DNA from: Bdellovibrio sp.
GTDB lineage: Bacteria; Bdellovibrionota; Bdellovibrionia; Bdellovibrionales; Bdellovibrionaceae
Direction of reading: 5' to 3'
Assembly (NCBI GenBank): GCA_036676395.1
Contig: JAKFCY010000002.1
Span: 1,792,001 to 1,856,000, forward strand
DNA length: 64,000 bases
The notes beneath the pieces were generated by a model, which saw nothing but the letters and a program-made list of their open reading frames with translations, did no database searches and was not told where the DNA came from. Position 1 is the first letter of the stretch. Each line of letters begins with the position of its first letter. Position numbers and translations under genes: made by a program. This document shows positions 56,182-64,000 of the stretch, piece by piece.

Positions 56182-57063
56182 ATGCTTAAAAATCCTACGC
56201 ACCTACAAACGCCCGTCCATTCTCAAGGCTTCGAATACGGCGTGAAGCATTTTAATAGTCCAAAGTCTGGCGATTTAGGCGAAATCATTTCAGAAGTGCT
56301 AACTCTTCCAACAGATGAAGTGAATTTTTTAATTCAATTAGGAAGTGTTTATGTAAGCGGCAAACGCGCACAAAACAACGATCAGGTCACAGAAAATACG
56401 CAAATTCGCGTACACACGAAACCACGCAGATACAATGTCGACTACGACTGGAAATCAAGAATCGTGTTCGAACACCAAGATTTTGTAGTGTTAAATAAAC
56501 CAAACAATATTCCCAGTCACCCATCAGTTGATAATCAAATCGAAAACTCACTCACTCAATTATCGCTGGCGATCGGCAAAAAACTATTAATCACTCACCG
56601 CTTAGACACCTTAACCGAAGGCCTCATCGTCTATGCAAAAAACGCAGAATTCGTAAACGGTTTCAATACCCAGTTACAGAAAAAACTAATCACAAAAAAA
56701 TACGTAGCTTTAGTTGAAACCACTGAAAAGTTACCAACTCATTTAGTGCACTACATGGAGCCTTCACCACGCGCACCAAAAAAAGTTTCACAAATTGCCA
56801 ACAAAGACTGGGATTTTTGCGAGCTAAAAATCGAACAACAAAAAATATTTGAACGTTACAGCTGGATTAAAATTAACTTGCTGACAGGCAGAACCCACCA
56901 AATCAGGTCACAAGTTTCTGAAGTCGGCGCACCCATTGTCGGTGATAAATTGTATGGAAGTCAGATTATTGAAGATGAAAATAAAATCGCCTTAAGAGCG
57001 CAAGAGATAGAATTCCAGTGGCTTGGATCAAGCCACCAGATTAAGATCGAAGAGAATTTCTAG
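56182..57063 (+). CDS. RluA family pseudouridine synthase
   Basis: VLNKP, HRLDTLTEG, TGRTHQIR, PIVGDKLYG. Confidence 0.93.
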   Translation: MLKNPTHLQTPVHSQGFEYGVKHFNSPKSGDLGEIISEVLTLPTDEVNFLIQLGSVYVSGKRAQNNDQVTENTQIRVHTKPRRYNVDYDWKSRIVFEHQDFVVLNKPNNIPSHPSVDNQIENSLTQLSLAIGKKLLITHRLDTLTEGLIVYAKNAEFVNGFNTQLQKKLITKKYVALVETTEKLPTHLVHYMEPSPRAPKKVSQIANKDWDFCELKIEQQKIFERYSWIKINLLTGRTHQIRSQVSEVGAPIVGDKLYGSQIIEDENKIALRAQEIEFQWLGSSHQIKIEENF

Positions 57064-57081
57064 AAAGAATTGCGAAGCAAT

Positions 57082-57993
57082 CTAGAATAAAGTTCCGCCA
57101 GTAAGCAAAGAATAAGATATTTCATCATCTTGCTTAGCTAACAAATCCTGCTCACGCTGAATACCGATAGTAAAGCTCAACGCTTTCATCGCACGTACTT
57201 CTAAACCTAAACGGTAATCAACAGCACTGCTTCTAAAAGTAGGCTGATTATTAGCCGCCGAAGCATTTGACCAGCTTTCAATAAAGTTCAATGCCGGTTT
57301 AACAGAAAACATTTTATTTAAGTCATAAGATAACTCTACACCGTGCTCAGAATCAGCCATTCTCGAAGTACGCACTCGCCCTGCAGAAGTTAAAAAAGTT
57401 GTAGAACGTTGAAAGTAATAACTAGGCTTAGCATAAATAGAAACTTCTAAATAACGATCTAAGTTCCAACGCAGCGATTGTTCTAAACGAAGACGCGCAA
57501 TCATGCCTTCTTCTTTAGAGCCATCAGATGTTGGTAAATACAAACGCGGGGCAAGTCTGTAACTTATTGCTGCCGGCAAAGATTCTTGAAATAGGTTTGA
57601 AAAAGCGGCTACAAACGAAAAATCGCGAATACGCGCTCTGTCGTTTGTTTCACGTCCTGAGTTCGTCGTCCCTTGAAGGGCATAACCAAAAGCAGGGCGC
57701 GCAGCAATACGAAAATCATTCGAAATTTTATAGTTAAACGATAAATAAGAATCGAAGATATCAAAAGAAGAAAGCTCTTGAGTGTCATTATTTACGGTTT
57801 GGCCGCCAATAAAATACCAAGTTATACCAAAGTTACCTTTAGTTGGTTTATCACTGTCTACATTAACAGTGCTAGTTCCTGCGGCTTCTACAGCTGCTGC
57901 TGGCGCCGTTGTATTTTTCTTAGTAGAGCTTTGAGCTTGCGCAAAACCTGCAACAAAAACCGCAGCTATGATAAATAGGCCTTTTAATTTCAT
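57082..57993 (-). CDS. Probable outer-membrane beta-barrel protein
   Basis: Signal peptide (…FAQA), amphipathic strands, terminal Phe. Confidence 0.65.
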   Translation of the reverse strand: MKLKGLFIIAAVFVAGFAQAQSSTKKNTTAPAAAVEAAGTSTVNVDSDKPTKGNFGITWYFIGGQTVNNDTQELSSFDIFDSYLSFNYKISNDFRIAARPAFGYALQGTTNSGRETNDRARIRDFSFVAAFSNLFQESLPAAISYRLAPRLYLPTSDGSKEEGMIARLRLEQSLRWNLDRYLEVSIYAKPSYYFQRSTTFLTSAGRVRTSRMADSEHGVELSYDLNKMFSVKPALNFIESWSNASAANNQPTFRSSAVDYRLGLEVRAMKALSFTIGIQREQDLLAKQDDEISYSLLTGGTLF

Positions 57994-58097
57994 ATTTCCC
58001 CCGAAGTCTTCCTAGAAAGAGTTTGCGCAGGTATATCACACTGCACTAAAAATTGTCTAAACTACCTTTAAATTCACGGGTCGATTAATGTCATAAC

Positions 58098-59255
58098 ATG
58101 GAAAAAATACAAACTCTTTTTAAGATTCAATTAAGACCAACTATTATCGTTTTTATGTCGCTTTTAGCGCTAGCTCCGATCGGCTGTAAAAATAAAGACA
58201 TTAAATCTAACGACAGTCTGCAGACCAATGCCGACATTATAGCCCCCGAGCGCCTAGCAAAAGCAGCTGATGAAATCTCGGTGATGACCTTTAATGTAGA
58301 AAACATGTTCGACAATATTCACGATAAAGGCACAGAAGATTACGCCTACCTTCCACGCGCCCAGAAAGGTTCTGCTGAAGTCGGCGACTTTTGCCAGACG
58401 GTAAGGTCTAAATTTTACCGTGAAGAGTGCAACTTTAAAGATTGGAATGACGACATCGTTCAGTTCAAACTTTCACAAGTCGGAAACACCATTAAGTACA
58501 TCGACCAAGGCACTGGCCCTGACATTATCTTAATGGCTGAAGTTGAAAATTTAAATATCTTAAATCAATTAGCTGATACCGAACTTAAAGGCATGGGTTA
58601 TCAAACACGGGTTCTTATCGAAGGCCCCGATCTTCGCGGTATTGACCCAGCCATTCTTTCTAAATTTCCATTAAAAGGAAAACCAATTCTTCACATTATC
58701 CCCTACAAAGACGAAGACCCTCAAGCCTTAAAATACGCTCAACGTTCTCGTGGCGTGATTGAAGCCATTGTACTTTTGCCGAATAAAAAAGAATTAACCT
58801 TGATGGCTGTTCATTTTCCGTCACAAGCAAATCCAACAGCCTGGAGACAACAAGCGGTTGAGTTCTTAAAAAGTAAAATCACTGAATACGAGAAAAAAGG
58901 GCGCGCTGTGATTGCCGGCGGCGACATGAATATCACTGCAACCGAAGAAGGCCGTAATGGTTATTTCTCTAAAATTCTAAGCCAAGCAGGCCCTGTTTCT
59001 CACTTAGTGGGCTGTGATCACTGCAAAGGAAGCCATAACTACAAAGGTGAATGGTCATTCTTAGATGTAATCGTTTACGGGAATGCGATCTCAAAAGTGG
59101 GTTTAACTTTGATTCCAGAATCTATTCAGGTCGTGAAAACTCCTGCGAACAGCATTCACGGATCGCCACTTCGCTTTGATGACGAAAAAAAAGAGGGAGT
59201 TGCTGATCACTTCCCTCTTTATTCAAGACTTAAAATTTCAAGTAAGAAAAAATAA
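58098..59255 (+). CDS. Endonuclease/exonuclease/phosphatase family lipoprotein (extracellular nuclease-like)
   Basis: Lipobox-like PIGC; TFNVENMFD, AEVEN, HFPS, GGDMN, ADHFP. Confidence 0.88.
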   Translation: MEKIQTLFKIQLRPTIIVFMSLLALAPIGCKNKDIKSNDSLQTNADIIAPERLAKAADEISVMTFNVENMFDNIHDKGTEDYAYLPRAQKGSAEVGDFCQTVRSKFYREECNFKDWNDDIVQFKLSQVGNTIKYIDQGTGPDIILMAEVENLNILNQLADTELKGMGYQTRVLIEGPDLRGIDPAILSKFPLKGKPILHIIPYKDEDPQALKYAQRSRGVIEAIVLLPNKKELTLMAVHFPSQANPTAWRQQAVEFLKSKITEYEKKGRAVIAGGDMNITATEEGRNGYFSKILSQAGPVSHLVGCDHCKGSHNYKGEWSFLDVIVYGNAISKVGLTLIPESIQVVKTPANSIHGSPLRFDDEKKEGVADHFPLYSRLKISSKKK

Positions 59256-60197
59256 TTATCTAGCGTATCTCGTTAAATCTACACGAGGGCGCATGCTACA
59301 TGCTTGCGCTTTCGAAGTTACCGCATCAATAGTTACTGATGAATCATCAATTTTCACTAAAGTTTCAGGCAATACTGTTGGCTTTTCGCCGATTTGAGTT
59401 TTAGCATCTTTTACGATTTTTAACTCTCCGCTAGCACTGATACATTGTGAATCTAATTTCACTTCTAAAACAGGTGCCGCATCCTTAAGAACCAAAGCCC
59501 CTGATCTAGCACCATGCATACGTGCGTTGATTCTTAAAGCCGTGATTTTAACAGCTTCATTTAACATTTCACTAGAACCATCCCAAGCAAATTCAAGTTT
59601 GATTTGCGTATTTGCAAAAGCTGTCGTGTTTTTTGATAAGCTTAATTCTTCAGTTTTTTCGATAGTTAAAACGTATGATCTTTCACGAACGCCTTTTGCA
59701 ATCACAAGACGGTCATTCATATTATTTGAAGATACAAAAGATCCCTTACCCGAAGACTGAATAAAGTGCTTTGTTTCTAGCTTTGTATTTTCAGACTTTA
59801 AAACTAAAAGAGTAATTTTACCTTCTTGGTCTTTATCTAATTTTTCGATCACATAGTTAATACGACCTGAAAATTGGCCCGATTGTGCACCTTCAAGGTA
59901 AAAACCAGTTGTTACATCAAGAATGTCAGTTTCAAATTTATCCGCAACTACAGAGGTTTTTTGCGAAACTGCGTATTCAGGATTCAAAACAGCTTTAACT
60001 AAAGATAGACCTTCAAAAGCGCGATCTAAGCTAACAGCTAAAAATCTTGCCGATTCAAGTTTATTACTTTCGATATTTACTGATTGAGTAGTGACTAAAC
60101 CACCCGCAGCTTGCAGTTTATCGTCTTTCGGCGCGCACGAAAATAACGACGTGGTCATAATAACAGTTGAAAGAGCTAAAACAAATTGGTTTTTCAT
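59256..60197 (-). CDS. Putative lipoprotein
   Basis: Lipobox LFSC; beta-rich. Confidence 0.7.
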   Translation of the reverse strand: MKNQFVLALSTVIMTTSLFSCAPKDDKLQAAGGLVTTQSVNIESNKLESARFLAVSLDRAFEGLSLVKAVLNPEYAVSQKTSVVADKFETDILDVTTGFYLEGAQSGQFSGRINYVIEKLDKDQEGKITLLVLKSENTKLETKHFIQSSGKGSFVSSNNMNDRLVIAKGVRERSYVLTIEKTEELSLSKNTTAFANTQIKLEFAWDGSSEMLNEAVKITALRINARMHGARSGALVLKDAAPVLEVKLDSQCISASGELKIVKDAKTQIGEKPTVLPETLVKIDDSSVTIDAVTSKAQACSMRPRVDLTRYAR

Positions 60198-60317
60198 AAG
60201 CCTAATCCCCCAAAAACGATTGCCCCAAAGCTATACCGCAGTTCGAAAAAAAGGTCATAAGAAAGTGCATGTTAACGGTTTCTTAAAGAAATCTTGAAAA
60301 AAGTACCTGTTAAAAAG

Positions 60318-60809
60318 CTAAGAATGAAGCTCTAAACTTGTGCGAATTTCGTTCCAGAACCAATTTAAGTGGGGGTCTTGGGATATAAACTCGTTTAGTG
60401 GCTTTGAGTTTAATTTTAGGCGCAAACGCAAAAAACTTTCTAAATCATCAAATCCAGGCCCAATTGTTACGACGTTCAAAGTGTCGATCGTTGATAATTT
60501 TTGGAACACTTGTGTTAACTCATTAAAGTGTGAGTAGTCTTTTCTTTTTAAAATAAGATCAGGCTCAACGCCATTCTTCATCCAACGACGAAAAAGCGCA
60601 TTTTGTAAGATGGATTTTAAATGAGTTTTTTGATGGTAGTTTAACGCGCGATAAGCGGAAGTTTCGTTCATAACCATAAATAAATCACAACCGATAAATT
60701 CATCATGTGATTTTCTTAATGACTCAATAACCTCAGGGATTCGAAGAAGTGATCTTCGAATCAAACAATCGTCAATGAGTGCTCCGTCCGTGAAGTAGAT
60801 GACCGTCAT
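60318..60809 (-). CDS. Small protein resembling a degenerate malonyl-CoA:ACP acyltransferase fold
   Basis: LQNALFRRWMKNGVEPDLIL and VVTIGPG resemble FabD/PKS-AT segments; GHSxG is absent. Confidence 0.5.
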   Translation of the reverse strand: MTVIYFTDGALIDDCLIRRSLLRIPEVIESLRKSHDEFIGCDLFMVMNETSAYRALNYHQKTHLKSILQNALFRRWMKNGVEPDLILKRKDYSHFNELTQVFQKLSTIDTLNVVTIGPGFDDLESFLRLRLKLNSKPLNEFISQDPHLNWFWNEIRTSLELHS

Positions 60810-60977
60810 AGTCCTCGCTCTTTGCTAGATCTAAGGTTAGAGTACTAAAGTCTAAAATGCTAGCCCTTCATCGCACATCACTATCAAATCACCACCTTGG
60901 TCCAGAGTTGAACTCAAGCTGTTTAATCACTTACGTCGAGAGTTCTCTGTTGCTATGCTGAACACTGGAAATTGACT

Positions 60978-61898
60978 ATGAAAAAATTGAATGCGCAACA
61001 ACGATCTGTCATCCAAAAATGGGCTCTTTACGGGCTATTGCTTTTCATTGGCTTTACCGCAGCCGATCTTGGAATTATCTATGTGCGTGAATATTTTATT
61101 CCACAATCTGCGCCTCCGAAAAAAGCGCCAAAACAACAAACCTCTGGTTACGTCGATCGCAGTCAATATTCAACAATTACGAATAGAAATTTATTTTCGT
61201 CTTCGGGCACAATCCCCGATGCACTCGCCGCCGTAAACGCTGCGCAGGAAGAGCAAGCAGAAGATATTCCGGTGCAATCAAGCTTACCTTTAAATTTAAT
61301 CGGCACCCTGGTTCATACTGATCCATCAAAATCAGTTGCAGCTATTGAAGTAAAATCAAAAAATATGTCTGGCTCATATATGGTGGGCGCAGAAATTGAA
61401 AACATGGCTAAAATTGAAAAAGTCGAACGCGGCATCGTGTATTTCAGAAATCTAAACAATGGCGCCTTAGAATATATTGAAATCAGCCGCGGCAATTCAA
61501 AAGTAAATTTTGATTCAGGTAAAGCGGCTGCTCCTGTAAAAGCTGGTGGCAAAGAAATTCAAGCTATTGGCAACAACACATTTCGCGTAAAGCGTGCTGA
61601 CTTAAATAAATATTTAAACGATTTATCTGGTTTACTAATGCAAGCACGCGCGCTTCCGAATCGCGATCCAAATACGGGTGAAATCAATGGCTATCGTTTA
61701 GTTGATTACCAACCAGGGTCAATCTTTGAACAAATGGGCTTACCTCGCGGCACTTTAATTAAGTCGGCTGGTGGAGAGCCTGTGAACAGCATTCAAAGCG
61801 CTATGGAAATGTTTAATAAATTAAAAAAAGAAAGCAAAGTTAAACTTGGGGTTGAGGTCAATGGATCTGAGCAAGATTTTAACTATGAAATTCAGTAA
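60978..61898 (+). CDS. gspC: Type II secretion system protein C
   Basis: N-terminal TM, HR domain (LPLNLIGTLV), C-terminal PDZ (GYRL…PGSIFEQMGL); directly upstream of the secretin. Confidence 0.9.
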   Translation: MKKLNAQQRSVIQKWALYGLLLFIGFTAADLGIIYVREYFIPQSAPPKKAPKQQTSGYVDRSQYSTITNRNLFSSSGTIPDALAAVNAAQEEQAEDIPVQSSLPLNLIGTLVHTDPSKSVAAIEVKSKNMSGSYMVGAEIENMAKIEKVERGIVYFRNLNNGALEYIEISRGNSKVNFDSGKAAAPVKAGGKEIQAIGNNTFRVKRADLNKYLNDLSGLLMQARALPNRDPNTGEINGYRLVDYQPGSIFEQMGLPRGTLIKSAGGEPVNSIQSAMEMFNKLKKESKVKLGVEVNGSEQDFNYEIQ

Positions 61899-61906
61899 AG
61901 AGGTAT

Positions 61907-64000
61907 ATGATGGCCTTTAAAAGAAGTCTAATTACAACAGCTGTAATTACTAGTTTTTTAGCTTCACAATTAACAGGAAGTTATTGTTTTGCTCAGTTTG
62001 AGGATTTTCCCCCTCCACCACCTATTGATGATTTTGCGGCACCTTCGGTAGGAGAAGTTCCTCCTCCTCCGCCACCCGTTCCCAACATAGGTGGCAACCG
62101 CGTCGGAACAGCGCCAATAGGATCTGGCCCGGCAAAAGTGATTTCTGCTAAAGGAACTAAATCTACGGTTTTATCTGACAAACAGCGTGATAAGTTTGCC
62201 AAAGCCGGCCCAGAAGATATCACTTCTGAAAACTTTCCAGAAACTATTGAATCTTTCGATTTTCCGAACGTAGATATCACAGATATTATCAAAGCCATTT
62301 CTGAATTAACCGGAAAAAACTTTATTATCGACTCTACTGTTCGTGGAAAAATCACGATCATTGCTCCAAGTAAAATTACTGTAGCTGAAGCTTACAAAGC
62401 GTTCTTATCATCTTTGGCGATCAACGGTTTTACGATTGTTCCTTCTGGTGGTTTCTTAAAAATTAGAAATGCAAGATCGGCGCAACGTGACGGTATTGAT
62501 ATCTATTCTGGATCGTATTATCCGAATGCCGATCAAATGATTACTAAAGTTGTGCACTTAAAGCATATCTCGGCTGAAACTTTAAAACAGCAATTAGGTC
62601 GTCTACTAAATTCTTCTTACGGTGAAATCGAAGCCTACCCGCAGACGAACTCGATGATTATTTCTGATTTCGGTTCTTCGATTGATCGTATTATGAAAAT
62701 CATCAACCAATTAGATGTTCCGGGATTTGAAGAGCAATTAGAAGTTGTTGGCATCAAATACGCTAAGTCTAAAGATATCGCTGATCTTATCGATAAAATC
62801 GTTAATAAAGGCCAAAAACCTGCAAGCACAGGTGGTTTTAATGCCGGCGTTCCTCGTTTCAGCGGCGGTGGTGCAAGCACTGGCGGCAAATCTGGTGGAG
62901 CAGCATCGTTTCTGGTATTTCCGGATGATCGTACGAACTCTTTAATCATCGTAGGTAACCGCCCAGGTATCGCGCGTGTTAAAAGATTAGTGGCACAATT
63001 AGATTTTAAAGTTCGCGCTGAAGATCAAGGTGGCGTTTATGTTTATTACGTTAAACATGGTAATGCCGAAGATATCGCAAAAACTTTAAGTGAAGTGGCG
63101 AAAGAATCTGCTCCGAAAGCTGCTCCTACTGGTGGTTTTGGTTTTCAGGCGCAAGGACAAGCTGCAGTTCGTGAAGGTTTATTTGGCGGCGAAGTTTCAA
63201 TTAAGTCTGATAAAAATACGAATGCTTTAGTTGTTTCTGCAAGCAAGCAAGATTACGAAAAAGTTTTATCTATCTTAAACAAATTAGATATTCCACGCGA
63301 TCAGGTGTTTGTTGAAGCAATCATTATGGAAATGAACATGTCTGATGGTATCGAATCAGGCGGTGGTTTAGTGCAATTTGGTAAAGACGGCGGTAAAGCC
63401 GGATTTGCTTCAAGTGATACCGATTTAGCTGCAGTTTTAAATCCATTGTCGGGCGCAGGCTCTGCGATCTTAGGATTCTCTTCTGGCCGGGTGACTGTTC
63501 CTAAAGACATCACTAACCCTGCTGGTGGCAGCATCGAAATTCCATCATTGTTAGGCTACCTAAAATTCGTAAAACAATTTGGTAAAACAAATATCTTATC
63601 AACGCCACAAATTATTGCGACCGATGCCCAAACAGCAACGATCGAAGTGGGTGATAAAGTTGTAACTCGTAATATCGTAACTCCTGGAGTAAATGGCGCA
63701 CCGTCGCAGTCTTCTCCTGAGTTTGGTGATGCGACGATCAAAATGGAAATCAAACCGTTTATTTCTCCGACATCGAATTCAATTCGTATGGAATTCAAAC
63801 AAACAATCAATCAGCTATCAAGCGTGCAGGTGCCGACAAGTTTTCAAGGGCAAGTGCAACCTTTAGCAACGCGCTCTATCAATACCAATGTTGTTCTAAA
63901 CAATGGAGACACTGCCGTCATCGGTGGATTGATGAAGGATGAAGACTCTGAAACAATCGCAAAAGTTCCTATTTTAGGGGACTTACCGATTTTAGGATGG
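61907..64000 (+). CDS. gspD: Type II secretion system secretin (3' partial)
   Basis: Not in the track (runs off window). From ATG 61907 with GAGGT RBS: signal peptide, Pro-rich linker, SFDFPNVDITDIIKAISELTGKNFIID…VRGKITII, N-domains, QVFVEAIIME, NILSTPQI, KVPILGDLPILGW. Confidence 0.95.
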   Translation, partial: MMAFKRSLITTAVITSFLASQLTGSYCFAQFEDFPPPPPIDDFAAPSVGEVPPPPPPVPNIGGNRVGTAPIGSGPAKVISAKGTKSTVLSDKQRDKFAKAGPEDITSENFPETIESFDFPNVDITDIIKAISELTGKNFIIDSTVRGKITIIAPSKITVAEAYKAFLSSLAINGFTIVPSGGFLKIRNARSAQRDGIDIYSGSYYPNADQMITKVVHLKHISAETLKQQLGRLLNSSYGEIEAYPQTNSMIISDFGSSIDRIMKIINQLDVPGFEEQLEVVGIKYAKSKDIADLIDKIVNKGQKPASTGGFNAGVPRFSGGGASTGGKSGGAASFLVFPDDRTNSLIIVGNRPGIARVKRLVAQLDFKVRAEDQGGVYVYYVKHGNAEDIAKTLSEVAKESAPKAAPTGGFGFQAQGQAAVREGLFGGEVSIKSDKNTNALVVSASKQDYEKVLSILNKLDIPRDQVFVEAIIMEMNMSDGIESGGGLVQFGKDGGKAGFASSDTDLAAVLNPLSGAGSAILGFSSGRVTVPKDITNPAGGSIEIPSLLGYLKFVKQFGKTNILSTPQIIATDAQTATIEVGDKVVTRNIVTPGVNGAPSQSSPEFGDATIKMEIKPFISPTSNSIRMEFKQTINQLSSVQVPTSFQGQVQPLATRSINTNVVLNNGDTAVIGGLMKDEDSETIAKVPILGDLPILGW

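Noticed and set aside
61993..63810. Track ORFs in the last 2 kb
   Set aside because: They are shadows of gspD, which the track missed because it runs off the window.

Overview
A 64-kb, AT-rich chromosomal segment. Gene content and protein style suggest a Bdellovibrionota (Bdellovibrio/Pseudobdellovibrio-like) bacterium; this is inference, not a database result. The backbone is housekeeping: uvrB, uvrC, cysS, gltX, carD, aqpZ, recG, lysS, class I FBP aldolase, Nfu, deoxyhypusine-synthase-like, tcdA, TatD, DedA, RluA, tRNA-His and the start of a type II secretion operon (gspC, gspD). Many exported hydrolases are interspersed (M14 peptidase, SpoIID, SLT-like lysozyme, two tandem phospholipase D paralogs, EEP nuclease), along with cyclic-nucleotide signalling genes (cNMP-EAL, two HD-GYP, and a FecR/FN3/degenerate class III cyclase operon). 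The standout is an 11.2-kb ORF (3718 aa). It has a signal peptide, a Cys-rich N-terminus and pre-toxin-like hydrophobic segments. These are followed by about 3200 apparently Cys-free residues of internal repeats plus HEXXH-, HD-like and kinase-like modules, making it a candidate multi-effector toxin. It and two other genes have a sigma28-type -10 box exactly 7 nt before the start codon (putative leaderless FliA transcripts). An accessory patch next to tRNA-His holds two broken genes: an epimerase with an in-frame TGA and an isochorismatase with an internal deletion. I found no CRISPR array, rRNA, integrase or transposase. All domain calls are by-eye motif recognition.
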